Positions 18,488 through 27,994 of a stretch of DNA of 50,223 nucleotides are shown piece after piece. The position numbers and the translations under genes are program-made. This DNA is from Steroidobacteraceae bacterium. GTDB lineage: Bacteria; Pseudomonadota; Gammaproteobacteria; Steroidobacterales; Steroidobacteraceae. The notes under the pieces are model-generated. The model was not told the origin of the DNA. It did not search any database and saw only the letters and a program-made list of their open reading frames with translations. The stretch is taken from positions 1-50,223 of the forward strand of contig DASYAC010000188.1 of assembly GCA_036501585.1 (NCBI GenBank). The letters are read 5' to 3'. Each line of letters starts with the position of its first letter. Position 1 is the stretch's first letter.

Positions 18488-19692
18488 GCCGCCCGCCCCA
18501 GAATCAGACTGCAATTCGTGCCGCCGAACCCGAACGAGTTGCTCAACACCCGCCTGAGCGGGGCGGCGCGCTTCTCGGTAAGGTAGTGTACGGTCAGCGT
18601 CGGGTCGACCTGCGCCGTGTTCACCCCGGCCGGCATCACGCCGTGTCGCAGTGCCAGAGCGGCAATCACCGTCTCCAACGCGCCTGCGGCTCCGAGCGTA
18701 TGACCGGTCGCACCCTTGGTCGAACTGCAGGGAGTCGCGGTACCGAACACGGCGCTCACCGCCCGACTCTCGGAGCGATCGTTGCTCGGCGTGCCCGTGC
18801 CGTGCAAATTGATGTAGTCGATATCGCCCGGCTCGAGACCGGCGTCCGACAATGCGAGCTGCATGGCGCGTCTCGCCCCGTGTCCCTCCGGATGAGGGGC
18901 GGACATATGGTAGGCATCGTTCGACTCACCGACTCCGAGAAGCAGCACGTCGTCCGCGGCCGTTCCATCGGACACCCTTTCGACGATCGCGAATGCGGCT
19001 GCCTCGCCGATCGAGATGCCGTCGCGCGCCACGTCGAAAGGACGGCAGGGCGCCGGCGAGCACAGCTGCAGGGAGTGAAAACCGTAGAGCGTGGTCAGAC
19101 AGAGCGAGTCGACTCCGCCGACCAGCGCCGCGTCGATCAAATCCGCTTGCAGCATGCGCCGCGCCGTCGCGAACACCTTGGCGCTCGAGGCGCAGGCGCA
19201 CGACACCACCGCCGCGGGCCCCTCGAGCCCGAGACGCCGGCGCAAGTAGTCCGCCACCGAGAAGGAATTGTGGGTGGCTCCGTAGTCGAAGTCGGGGGGC
19301 AGACCGCCCGAGACCGGGTCGCGCCGGCGATAGGCGAGCTCCGTTTGCAGAATGCCCGATGTGCTCGTGCCCATGAAGATGCCGATGCGCCGCCGGCCGA
19401 AGCGCCGAGCCGCGCTCTCGACGGTCTCGTCGAAGCCGTCCTGCCGCAATGCAAGCTCCGCCAATCGATTGTTCCGGCAATCGTATCGCCGGAGCTCCGC
19501 CGGCAGCGCCCGATCATCGACTCCGGTCACCTCGCCCACATGGGTATCGAGAGTGACCGTCTCGAATTTGCACGGCTCCAAACCGCTGCGTTCCTCGATC
19601 AAGGCCGCAAGCGTTTGCTCGAGACCTTGGCCCAGGCAACTCGCGGCGGTGAATGCCCGGACGACCAAAGGCCTCATCGTCGTACCGCTCAC
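18484..19692 (-). CDS. Beta-ketoacyl-ACP synthase (KS)
   Basis: Active-site Cys in VVSCACASSAKV; His motifs NLHGTGTPSND and STKGATGHTLGAAG. About 400 aa (ATG 19677 alternative start). Confidence 0.92.
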   Translation of the reverse strand: MSGTTMRPLVVRAFTAASCLGQGLEQTLAALIEERSGLEPCKFETVTLDTHVGEVTGVDDRALPAELRRYDCRNNRLAELALRQDGFDETVESAARRFGRRRIGIFMGTSTSGILQTELAYRRRDPVSGGLPPDFDYGATHNSFSVADYLRRRLGLEGPAAVVSCACASSAKVFATARRMLQADLIDAALVGGVDSLCLTTLYGFHSLQLCSPAPCRPFDVARDGISIGEAAAFAIVERVSDGTAADDVLLLGVGESNDAYHMSAPHPEGHGARRAMQLALSDAGLEPGDIDYINLHGTGTPSNDRSESRAVSAVFGTATPCSSTKGATGHTLGAAGALETVIAALALRHGVMPAGVNTAQVDPTLTVHYLTEKRAAPLRRVLSNSFGFGGTNCSLILGRAA

Positions 19693-19705
19693 GAAGTCGT
19701 GCCGC

Positions 19706-20521
19706 TCACGAAAACGCCGCGCGTAGCGTGGTGGGCTGCAGTCGTCGCGTGCGCAACGTCTCCAGCAATCGCGGCAGCACCTCCACGATCACCGGAGTCC
19801 CCAATCGCCCCCGGGCGGCGTGGCCGTCGTGAAGGAGAAGGATGTCGCCTGCCGCGAGCGAGCGGGTCAGGCGCCGGTAGACCCGGTCGGAGTCGCCGTT
19901 CACGGTGTCGAACCCGCGGCGCGTCCAGGACGCGAGCTTGAGCCGCAGACGACAGAGCACCGGATCGAGAAAGGGGTTGCGCAGGCCCGCCGGGGCGCGA
20001 AAGAAATGCGGACTGTCCCCCGTGATGCGCGCGATGCTGTGCTGCGCCTCGACGATTTCCTGTTCGATTCCGCGAGGGCCCTTGAGCGAAAAGCCGTGCC
20101 CGTGATGCTGGCTGTGGTTCTCGATGGTATGTCCCAGGCGCACGATCTCGCGAGCAAGCTCCGGGTGGCGCTCCACGCGCTCGCCCACGCAAAAGAAGCT
20201 CGCCCGCGCGCGATAGACGCCGAGGAGCGACAGGACCCGGGGAGTCACCTCCGGGTCCGGGCCGTCATCGATGGTGATGGCAATTTCGCCGCGATCAGCG
20301 CTCGAGCCGGGCAGACGAGTCAGGTTGGGACCGAGCCAGCTGCTCCTGGGCCACAGCCCCGCGCCCGTGAGCACCGCATGATTGAGCGCCACGGCTCCGA
20401 GCATCCAAGGCCATAGCGGAGGGCGCAGCACTGTTGCCGCTGCCGCGCCGGCATGCAGCACCGCGGAGGCGTAGAGGAGCGGCGAGGGGGTCCAGCGGGG
20501 AGGCGGTGTGTCCTGGCTCAT
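19706..20521 (-). CDS. Polysaccharide deacetylase (NodB-homology domain) with N-terminal TM segments
   Basis: NodB motifs ITIDDGPDPE, IENHSQHH and FFRAPAG. ATG 20521 forms an ATGA overlap with the upstream hydrolase stop. Confidence 0.85.
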   Translation of the reverse strand: MSQDTPPPRWTPSPLLYASAVLHAGAAAATVLRPPLWPWMLGAVALNHAVLTGAGLWPRSSWLGPNLTRLPGSSADRGEIAITIDDGPDPEVTPRVLSLLGVYRARASFFCVGERVERHPELAREIVRLGHTIENHSQHHGHGFSLKGPRGIEQEIVEAQHSIARITGDSPHFFRAPAGLRNPFLDPVLCRLRLKLASWTRRGFDTVNGDSDRVYRRLTRSLAAGDILLLHDGHAARGRLGTPVIVEVLPRLLETLRTRRLQPTTLRAAFS

Positions 20522-21174
20522 GGAAACTTCGATGTCAAAAATCGCTCCCACAAAGAGTGCCAGGTCGCCCAATCATGGGCGCCCGCCGCCGCATCGACCC
20601 AGCCGGGCGCCAGCGCCCCGGCCATCAGGCCATGGCCTCGCGCAAAGCGGTCGCCGCTCCCGTAACCGAGATACAAGGGCATCGACTCGGGCCCCTGCTC
20701 GCTGCGCCGATCCCGGATGAAGCGCCATATTCGGCGCTCCTCGTCGGATTCCGCAAGCGGCCCCGCATCCCAGGCATCGAGGTTCGGCGCCGCGGCGATC
20801 TCGGCGATCAATTGGCGGCTGCCGAGATACGGCGCGAGCAGACAAAGCCCCTCGCACCCTCCTGCCTGCGTGGCCGCGTAGTCCAGCGCGAAAAAACCGC
20901 CGAGCGAGATACCGGCCAGCCAGATCGAACGGCACCCGGCGGCGCGCGCCGGGGCCACGACCTCGCGCGCCAGATTCTCGATCACGCGGCGATCGCCGAC
21001 ATGCTCGAGCTCGACCTGCACGAATTGCAAATCGACGGCGAGATGTCGCTTCCGCACCGCGGCGTCGAATCCGGCGTCCAGAAAATCCTGAGGACGCTGG
21101 AAGGCGCCGGGCAGCCATATCATGCGGACGGGCGCCACGGTTCCCGCCTTTGCCTGGCAGACTATACTACGCAT
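20518..21174 (-). CDS. Alpha/beta-fold hydrolase
   Basis: Nucleophile elbow GISLGG (GxSxG) in about 218 aa. Overlaps the end of the MMPL gene by 8 nt (ATG 21123 alternative). Confidence 0.7.
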   Translation of the reverse strand: MRSIVCQAKAGTVAPVRMIWLPGAFQRPQDFLDAGFDAAVRKRHLAVDLQFVQVELEHVGDRRVIENLAREVVAPARAAGCRSIWLAGISLGGFFALDYAATQAGGCEGLCLLAPYLGSRQLIAEIAAAPNLDAWDAGPLAESDEERRIWRFIRDRRSEQGPESMPLYLGYGSGDRFARGHGLMAGALAPGWVDAAAGAHDWATWHSLWERFLTSKFP

Positions 21175-23551
21175 GCACGGGCGGGGCGGGAGTGGGCGGG
21201 GCGGGCGTCAGAATGCCCGCGAATATCAGGGCCAGCAGCGCGCCCGGCGCCACCGTCGTGCCGAGCGCCTCCAGCACGGGAACACCCGACAGGGACAGGA
21301 GCCCGAAGCCCATGACCGTGCAGGCATTCGCGATGCAGAGCGAGATGAGAGTCGGACCCGCCTCGGCGCCGTCCCGGTCTCCCGAGTCGAAAAACAAGGC
21401 ATAGTTCGAGCCGATGGCGACGATGAGCAGCATCCCGACCAGATGCAAAATCGTCAATCGCACCTGAAACAGCGCGAGCACCGCGGCGACCGTGAGCACG
21501 GCGAGCACGAGCGGCGCGAGCACGCGGGCCGCCCGGCCGGGCGATCGCAGGGCGATCAGGAGCAGCACGACGATGGCGAGGAAGCCGGCCAAGGAGAGGC
21601 GCATGGCCTCCCTCAGGTAATCCGAGTAGAGCGCATCGGATTCCTGCTTGAGATCCAGAGCCTGAGCGCTCGATTGCGCGGAAGCGAGTGCGCGTCTCAC
21701 CCGCGCGATATCGATGCTCGGCCGGGAAGGATCGGCGGCGTGCAGCGGCAGCAGTGCGCTCCAGCCCCCCGCGCGCCGCATGGTCAGTGTCTCCAGGCCC
21801 GCAGCCATCGAGGTGCCCGCGAGATCGGCGGCGCTCAACAACCGGCCGCGCCGGGCGGCCTCGACATCGCTCTTGAAAGGACCCAGCTTGCCGGCATCGA
21901 GCGGCAGGTCCCGCGCCGCCTCATCGAGATTCCGGGCGAGCGTTGCCGGGTCCGGCAGGCTGGCGCGCCGCGCGGTTTGGCTGGCGCGGCTCGGCAGATA
22001 CACCGCCGGGCTGTCGAAGCCGCCGATGACCTTCTGCGCTATCAAGGGTTCGAGCGCTCGGGCCGCGAGCTCGGCACCACTGAGTGCCGAGTCGAGGCTC
22101 GCGCCCTGCACGACGACGAGATCCAGCGAATCGGGGGCACCGAGGTCGGCTCGAAGCTGAGCGTCCCGGCGCAGCTCGGTGGCAGGGATGGGACTCAAGC
22201 TCGACAGTTCGCGGCTCCACAGCGCATGGCGGGAGAGAAGCAGCACCGCGATCGATCCTGCCGCGAGACAGAACGCCGCGATCCATGGGACGGCCGCGCG
22301 GGTTCCCCGGACCGCCCGCAGCCGCCGGGCGACCCGTTCGCCCGCCGGCGCCAGATCGCGCACGGAAAAATTGCGCGGCAACAAGACGGGCAGCACGAAC
22401 CGCGTCACCGCCGCGGCGGCGATCAGGCCGCACATCGAATAGGCGCCGAGCTGTGCGAGACCCGGAAATCCCGACGGCAGGAGCGAGGCGAACCCGCACA
22501 CCGAGGTGAGCATGCCGAGGCGCATCGTGGGCCAGAGGCGCCGCTCCCAACGCTCCGGTGCACCGCCGGCGGACTGAATGAAGAAGTAAATCGAATAATC
22601 CACCGCCTCGCCGATCAGGGTGATGCCGAATCCCAGCGTGATACCGTGTACGACACCGAAGCCGAGTGCCACCGCGGCCACCCCGATGAGCGCGCCGGTG
22701 GCCACCGGCAGAAGACCGAGGACGAGGGCGGACGGCGAGCGGTAGACCGCCAGCAGAATGAGGATGACGAGGGCACTGCCGGCCGCGGAGAGGCGCATGA
22801 CCGCATGCTCGATCTTCGCGCGCGAGGCCACGGCGAATACGCCTGGACCGCTCATCACGAGCTCGACGCTTCGAGCCGGCGGCAGGGGACTGTCGCGAAC
22901 CGCGTCCTGGAATGCGGCGCGTACCGCGGCCAACGCATGTTCCTGCGCATCCGTGTCGGAGCCCGCCGCGACCGTCTCCGCGATCAGCAAGGTGCGCGCG
23001 CCGTCCGCCGAGGTCCACGCGCCGTCCCTGGGCCGCGGCGCCTGAGTGCGGGACAGCTGATCGATCACCGTCAGCATCTCTCCGGTGGGATCACGGACCG
23101 CGAGTCCCTGAAGGGTGAGTCCCTCGGGCGAGGCGAGATCCGCGACGGTCTCCTGCATGGACCGCTCGAGGCCCGAGGGAGTGAAATGCTCCGGCGTAAC
23201 CGCCGCGCTCAGCAGGTAGCGATGGGCGAATAGAAACTCGCGGTCGCGAGCCGCCGTGGCCTCGTCTCCGTTGCCGACGTTGGAGAACTCGCGGTCGCCA
23301 CGCAGGCGATGCGCGAGCGCCGCGGAAAGCCGGGCTCGAGTCTCGACGTCGCCTCTCTCCAGTGCGATCAGGAGCAGGCGCGAGCCGGGTCCGTCGCGCA
23401 GTTGATCCACGAGCAGCTGCTGCGCCGGTGTCGGCCGAGACGGCAGGAAGGCGGAAAGATCGGCGACATAGCGCGCATCGAGCGCCGCCCATGCCGCCAG
23501 TGCGAGGCAGCAGAGCCATACTCCGACGGCCCATGCCCCGCGCGCGCTCAT
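21167..23551 (-). CDS. MMPL/RND-superfamily exporter
   Basis: 794 aa with two blocks of multiple TM helices separated by large soluble loops. Typical partner of the LolA-like gene in aryl-polyene clusters. Confidence 0.85.
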   Translation of the reverse strand: MSARGAWAVGVWLCCLALAAWAALDARYVADLSAFLPSRPTPAQQLLVDQLRDGPGSRLLLIALERGDVETRARLSAALAHRLRGDREFSNVGNGDEATAARDREFLFAHRYLLSAAVTPEHFTPSGLERSMQETVADLASPEGLTLQGLAVRDPTGEMLTVIDQLSRTQAPRPRDGAWTSADGARTLLIAETVAAGSDTDAQEHALAAVRAAFQDAVRDSPLPPARSVELVMSGPGVFAVASRAKIEHAVMRLSAAGSALVILILLAVYRSPSALVLGLLPVATGALIGVAAVALGFGVVHGITLGFGITLIGEAVDYSIYFFIQSAGGAPERWERRLWPTMRLGMLTSVCGFASLLPSGFPGLAQLGAYSMCGLIAAAAVTRFVLPVLLPRNFSVRDLAPAGERVARRLRAVRGTRAAVPWIAAFCLAAGSIAVLLLSRHALWSRELSSLSPIPATELRRDAQLRADLGAPDSLDLVVVQGASLDSALSGAELAARALEPLIAQKVIGGFDSPAVYLPSRASQTARRASLPDPATLARNLDEAARDLPLDAGKLGPFKSDVEAARRGRLLSAADLAGTSMAAGLETLTMRRAGGWSALLPLHAADPSRPSIDIARVRRALASAQSSAQALDLKQESDALYSDYLREAMRLSLAGFLAIVVLLLIALRSPGRAARVLAPLVLAVLTVAAVLALFQVRLTILHLVGMLLIVAIGSNYALFFDSGDRDGAEAGPTLISLCIANACTVMGFGLLSLSGVPVLEALGTTVAPGALLALIFAGILTPAPPTPAPPVHA

Positions 23552-24168
23552 GGCGCCGGATGATCGCGCAAGGTCATGAGCGAGCGATCGCCATTGGCCT
23601 CGAGAATCTCCACTTTGAGGAGAACGTCGCGGGAACCGTCGATGCGAACCCGCGAGACAGTCTTGGAGACTTTGGAATCGCGCGGCGAGAGAGTCAGGGT
23701 CCAGCGATCCAGATCGCCGGAAAAGTCGACGTCGAAGACGCGCTCCAGCGCCGGCAAATCCCCGGCGAGAGTTGCCCGCAGGCTCTCGATGAACGGCAGA
23801 ATCGACGGGTACGCGTCGAGATCCAGCACGTGGGTTCGGCCTTTGCGTTCGACCGTGAGCTCATTCCCATCGAGCACCAGTTCCTCGGGCCTCGGTTCTA
23901 CCGTGCGCTTCTCGAGCCGATTCGGTGCGTCATAGGTCATCACCCCATAGGATTCCACCGGCCGCTTGAGCACCGAGAGAAAATGCTGTTCGACGAAGTC
24001 CACCCGGCCGTGCCGTCGCGCCGCGAGCAGGCGCATGACTTGCGGGAGATCATCGGAAGCGGCGCGCGCGAGGGGCAGGTTCAGGGCCAGCAGGGCGGAC
24101 AGAGCCAGCTGAGCGGACAGGGCCAGCATTGCGGGCCCGGGCCGCCTCCAGGGTCGGTGCCGCCTCAT
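23548..24168 (-). CDS. LolA-like outer-membrane lipoprotein carrier family protein
   Basis: Signal peptide, about 200 aa, beta-rich LolA-like sequence. ATGA overlaps on both sides. Confidence 0.7.
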   Translation of the reverse strand: MRRHRPWRRPGPAMLALSAQLALSALLALNLPLARAASDDLPQVMRLLAARRHGRVDFVEQHFLSVLKRPVESYGVMTYDAPNRLEKRTVEPRPEELVLDGNELTVERKGRTHVLDLDAYPSILPFIESLRATLAGDLPALERVFDVDFSGDLDRWTLTLSPRDSKVSKTVSRVRIDGSRDVLLKVEILEANGDRSLMTLRDHPAP

Positions 24169-25127
24169 GCACCCGGCTTATCGGATTGGCCGCGCCAGAA
24201 GTCGAAGAAGTTGAACCAGTTGAAGGGATCGGAGCGGCAGTGGCGGTCGAGGATCTCGGCGTAGCGCTCGATGGCCCGGCCCACCTCGCTTTCGCGATCC
24301 CCCGCGGGAGTCCTCGAGAAATCAGCGATCGGCTCGAAGACGACGTGATAGCGATTTCCGCCCCGATAGAGGCCCGCCATGAAAATCACCGGGCGCCGCA
24401 GAATGGCCGCCGCCCGCATGGGACCCGTCGGCAGCCACGCCTCACGGCCCAGCAACGTCACGCGGTGTACGGGCTCCTCGCCCAGCGTCCGATCGCCGAG
24501 CACGCCGACGAACGCTCCGCCGTCGAGCCGGTCGGCGATGCGCAGCATGGCGTCGATCTGGCCAAGCGGAATGATGTCGGGGCTCGATCGATGTCCGATC
24601 GCGGCCAGCATGGCGTTGATCTTTTGCGCGTTGTGCTCGTACATGGCCATGGACACGTGCAGGCCAGGCTGGCGGCGCCCGACGCTCGCCATGACCTCGA
24701 AGCTTCCCAGGTGCGCACCCATCAAAAAAGCGCCTCGGCCGGCGTCGAGCTGCGCCTGCATGAAAGCCTCCCCTTCGACGCTGCACTGGAAGCGCCCGTA
24801 TTGTTCATTGACCAGGTAGACCCGATCGTGGATGCAGGTGGCGAAATACAGCACGTGCTTGAAGCAATCGCGCGCGCGCGCCGGCCGGCCGAGCGCGAGC
24901 CCGAGATATCGGCGTGAATGGCGGAGGGCGCGCGGAGAGAACAGAAAGAAATAGCAGGCGATTCCATAGAGCACGCCGCGGGTGAGCCGGCGTCCCAGAC
25001 GCAGCGACAAGCAGGCCATCAACCGCAACAGCCGCTGGCTGCCGCGTTCGCGGTAGCCGATCCATTCGGCGGGCTGCCCCCGGATGGACTCCCGTGGGTC
25101 GAGAATCCTCGAGGGCTCGGCCGTCAT
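24165..25127 (-). CDS. LpxL/HtrB-family lysophospholipid (lipid A-type) acyltransferase
   Basis: About 320 aa with an N-terminal TM segment and family-like layout. ATG 25127 forms an ATGA overlap with the upstream hotdog gene (ORF-track start 25292 trimmed). Confidence 0.72.
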   Translation of the reverse strand: MTAEPSRILDPRESIRGQPAEWIGYRERGSQRLLRLMACLSLRLGRRLTRGVLYGIACYFFLFSPRALRHSRRYLGLALGRPARARDCFKHVLYFATCIHDRVYLVNEQYGRFQCSVEGEAFMQAQLDAGRGAFLMGAHLGSFEVMASVGRRQPGLHVSMAMYEHNAQKINAMLAAIGHRSSPDIIPLGQIDAMLRIADRLDGGAFVGVLGDRTLGEEPVHRVTLLGREAWLPTGPMRAAAILRRPVIFMAGLYRGGNRYHVVFEPIADFSRTPAGDRESEVGRAIERYAEILDRHCRSDPFNWFNFFDFWRGQSDKPGA

Positions 25128-25453
25128 CGGCCACCGCCCGCGGCAACCCGCGACAGCCTGCCTGCAAGTGCGGACCGGTCCGCCACTCGAACGGCAAATC
25201 GCACCCCGCCGTCCGCGGCTCTCGTGTGCTCGATCTCGAGCGGGTCCCCGGGCCGAACGCTCTCCAGGAATTTGGCCGCCGTCAGCTGCCATTGGGTGAG
25301 ATCAATGCCGAGATCCATCTCGATGATACGCAGCGTCTCATCGAGCAGGACCGCGCCCGGAAGAATGGGCATTCCGGGGAAGTGGCCGGCAAAGGCTGGG
25401 TGATCGGCGGCGATGGCGATCGAGCGCAACGTGGTGCGGTCAGGGATTGCCAT
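25124..25453 (-). CDS. Small hotdog-fold dehydratase (FabZ-like)
   Basis: HPAFAGHFPGMPILPGAVLLDE matches the FabZ HFPxxPxxPG motif. 109 aa from ATG 25453 (ORF-track start 25726 trimmed). Confidence 0.8.
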   Translation of the reverse strand: MAIPDRTTLRSIAIAADHPAFAGHFPGMPILPGAVLLDETLRIIEMDLGIDLTQWQLTAAKFLESVRPGDPLEIEHTRAADGGVRFAVRVADRSALAGRLSRVAAGGGR

Positions 25454-26846
25454 GGGGCGAGCGCTTGGAGGCGCCGGGTGCTTCGGTTTGCGCCGGCAAG
25501 TGTGGATCGAGCAAGGCCTCGAGCGCCTGATGCGGCAGCTTTCCGGTCGCGTTCCTCGGCAGCCGGCCGACCAGGAGCAGCGGGCGGGGGAGAAACACCG
25601 GGTCGATGCGTTGACGAAGATCTTCGAGGATGGAGGCCGCGTCCAGGGACGGCGCAACCACCGCGGCCGCCAGGCGTGCAGTACCGGTGGCCCCGCCCTG
25701 ATCTCGGTCGCGCAGAAAGAAGACACCGTCCAGCACTCCCGGGATGGCGTTCAGCTGCGCATTGAGATAACCGAAGGAGCTGCGCTTGCCGGCGACGTTC
25801 ACCAGATCCGCGGTGCGCCCATGCAAGGTGAATTCCCGCTTGGCGCCGAGCTCGATGACATCGCACAAGGGCGTCATCTGCTCGATATGGCCGCCATACG
25901 CGTACGTCTGGCCGTTGTCCGCGCGCAGCTTCACGCCGGGGAACAAGCGAAACGCCTCCGATTCGCCTGTTCTGCGAATGGCGATTTGCCCGGTTTCGGT
26001 GGATCCGTAGATCTCGAGCAATAGGGCACCGGAGCGGCTTTCGGCCTCTTCGGCCAGCTCGCGCGACAGGGGAGCGGTGGCGGAGACGATGAGATCGAGC
26101 GCCGGCCAGCTGAGATCCGCCGCCAGGAGCGTGCGCAGGTGGATGGGGGTGGTCACCAATACCCGCGGTCGCGACGCGGCGGCGACGGCGGCCGCGATGT
26201 CCGCCGGGTAGAAGGGGCGCTCGGCCGCGAATGCGTTGCCGCTCTGCAGCGCGACCAGCACCGTGGACTCGAAGCCATACATATGCTGCGGCGGTACCGT
26301 TCCAATCAGCGTGAATTCACGGCCGTCCGCAATGCCAAGCTCCTCCGCCTCGGCACGCACGCAGCCGGCGAGCCGTCCCCAGGTTTTTGGGTACGGGAGG
26401 GGGGTGCCCGTCGACCCGGAGGTGAATACGATCGCGGCGAGCTGATCGTCGGGAATCCCCGGCACGTGGAACGATCCGGCCGCGCCGCCCGCCGGGACGA
26501 TCGAATCGGTCGCGTCGACATAGTGAAATCGCGGCAGCTCGATGGTGCACGCCTCATCGTCCGTGAGGCAGAACGCGTCGGGCGCGAATTGAATCAGATG
26601 CCTGATGACCTCGGGGGTGTGCGTCGAGGGCAATAAACTCACCCGGCCCGTCATCAGGCCGGCGGCGAATCCGACCGCGAAGCGATAGCGGTCCGCACAG
26701 GCATTGAGGAAATGGCGGCCAGGCGGCAGCGATTCCGCCAGACGCTCGGCGTCATCGAGGAATTGCGCGGCGCGCAGGGCTCTCCCGCCTCGGTAGGCGA
26801 CGATCGAGTCGCGCAGCGGATGAGTGAAAAGCGCGGTCACGCCCAT
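25440..26846 (-). CDS. AMP-dependent synthetase/ligase (probable aryl-acid:ACP ligase, XanA2-like)
   Basis: Adenylation motif IVFTSGSTGTPLPYPKTW plus downstream core motifs (YGSTETG, GRTADLVNVAGKR). 468 aa. Confidence 0.88.
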   Translation of the reverse strand: MGVTALFTHPLRDSIVAYRGGRALRAAQFLDDAERLAESLPPGRHFLNACADRYRFAVGFAAGLMTGRVSLLPSTHTPEVIRHLIQFAPDAFCLTDDEACTIELPRFHYVDATDSIVPAGGAAGSFHVPGIPDDQLAAIVFTSGSTGTPLPYPKTWGRLAGCVRAEAEELGIADGREFTLIGTVPPQHMYGFESTVLVALQSGNAFAAERPFYPADIAAAVAAASRPRVLVTTPIHLRTLLAADLSWPALDLIVSATAPLSRELAEEAESRSGALLLEIYGSTETGQIAIRRTGESEAFRLFPGVKLRADNGQTYAYGGHIEQMTPLCDVIELGAKREFTLHGRTADLVNVAGKRSSFGYLNAQLNAIPGVLDGVFFLRDRDQGGATGTARLAAAVVAPSLDAASILEDLRQRIDPVFLPRPLLLVGRLPRNATGKLPHQALEALLDPHLPAQTEAPGASKRSPHGNP

Positions 26847-26850
26847 GCGA

Positions 26851-27483
26851 TCACCGGCTCGACAGGAAAACCCGCACCGACGCGAGTATGCCGCGCCGAT
26901 CCGTCTCGGGCAGCACTTGGCTCCGCACGGCGTATTCGGCCACGAACATCAGGGCGACCAACGGCAGGGCGATGAAGTTGACGAACAGCGACCAGATCGC
27001 CAGCGGTGCGAACAGGTACAGCGACAGAATCGCGAGCGTCAACGCGGCGAAAAAGATCGCCCAAGCTGCCGTGACCTGGCGGGTGTATCGCAGCTCGCGC
27101 GGCGTGAGAGGGCCGTGCAGCCGATCGGCCAGCCGGGTGCAGAGGGCCGTGTGGGAAGGACCCAGGGAGCGCCCGAAACCGAAAGCCAGCAGGCTGTACA
27201 TCCCGCATTCCTGTAGCAGATAAACCATGGAAAACTTTTTCTCGAGCTGCGGCCACCAATGATACAAGAGGAGCGCCGCGGCCACCGTCAGCGGACCGGC
27301 AATCCAGGAGGGAGCGGAGCGCCAGAGCAGACTCACACCGATGACGAGAGGCGGAGTAAGGGCGAGGATCGCACCCAGCCCGCGGACGCCATGGGTGTTG
27401 CAGTAATGCGACAGCCCTGTATAGGCCGCGAGCAGGACAGAGGCCGCAGCAAGCTGCAGCCCTCGCCCGACGCGTAGGATCAC
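26851..27483 (-). CDS. Integral membrane protein of unknown function
   Basis: 210 aa, about 5-6 hydrophobic helices. GTG start overlaps the ACP stop (GTGA). Confidence 0.7.
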   Translation of the reverse strand: MILRVGRGLQLAAASVLLAAYTGLSHYCNTHGVRGLGAILALTPPLVIGVSLLWRSAPSWIAGPLTVAAALLLYHWWPQLEKKFSMVYLLQECGMYSLLAFGFGRSLGPSHTALCTRLADRLHGPLTPRELRYTRQVTAAWAIFFAALTLAILSLYLFAPLAIWSLFVNFIALPLVALMFVAEYAVRSQVLPETDRRGILASVRVFLSSR

Positions 27484-27782
27484 TTGGTTCTCTGGGTCGC
27501 GATGTAGTCGGCCAAATGCCGCAAAGAGCGGAAGATCTTGTGGTTGTCCTGGCTGTCAGCCCGCAATTGAACGCCATATTTCTTGGACACGATCAGTGCG
27601 ACCTCCAGAATGTCGATGGAATCGAGTCCCAACCCCTCCCCATACAGGGGCGCGTCCGGATCGATGTCCTGGGGCGCCACTTCCAAACTCAATGCCTGCA
27701 CGAACAGTGCAGCAATTTCCCGCTGCAAATCGGTATCGGCTGACGTCGCCGATGGTTGCATGAGCGACGCTTTGTCGGGCAT
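27480..27782 (-). CDS. Acyl carrier protein
   Basis: Phosphopantetheine attachment motif GLGLDSIDILE. 100 aa. First gene of the long minus-strand operon. Confidence 0.9.
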   Translation of the reverse strand: MPDKASLMQPSATSADTDLQREIAALFVQALSLEVAPQDIDPDAPLYGEGLGLDSIDILEVALIVSKKYGVQLRADSQDNHKIFRSLRHLADYIATQRTK

Positions 27783-27869
27783 GGGACTCTATTGATTCGG
27801 TTTCTGTAAGAATACTTCGGTTGGGGCATCCAGATGCCGCTCGATGGCATTATATAGGGGCGGGCGGGG

Positions 27870-27897
27870 GCGGCAACTCGTGGGCGGCAATTCGTGG
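27870..27897. repeat. Tandem 14-bp direct repeat in the ACP-operon upstream region (candidate operator)
   Basis: gcggcaaCtcgtgg / gcggcaaTtcgtgg, head to tail, 88-115 nt upstream of the ACP start and next to the AT-rich catTATATAgg. Confidence 0.5.
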
Positions 27898-27994
27898 CCT
27901 GACGGCAACGATCGCCGCGGCGGTAGTCAAGATCGTCGGCATCTCGGACGAAGCGGCGTCGTTCCTGGGCAAGTTCTTCTGATTGTCGGGCCGA

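Noticed and set aside
16504-19692. Reading KS, ketoreductase and dehydratase as housekeeping fab (fatty-acid synthesis) genes.
   Set aside because: The context argues against it: a Cys-less chain-length factor, an aryl-acid ligase, a halogenase, MMPL/LolA-like export genes and acyltransferases all sit in one overlapping operon. That fits a specialised aryl-polyene pathway, not fabF/fabG/fabZ.
21122-23233. Long antisense ORFs. Examples: 21122-23233 (+, 703 aa, opposite the MMPL gene), 42578-44806 (-, 742 aa, opposite flhA), 47115-49511 (-, 798 aa, opposite fliA-motCD), 44463-46433 (-, opposite flhF), 18277-19941 (+, opposite KS), 577-1719 and 2384-3631 (-, opposite fleR/fliF).
   Set aside because: Their translations are Arg/Gly/Pro/His-rich low-complexity strings with no motifs. 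Each lies opposite a gene with clear family signatures. Long stop-free antisense frames are expected at this GC content.
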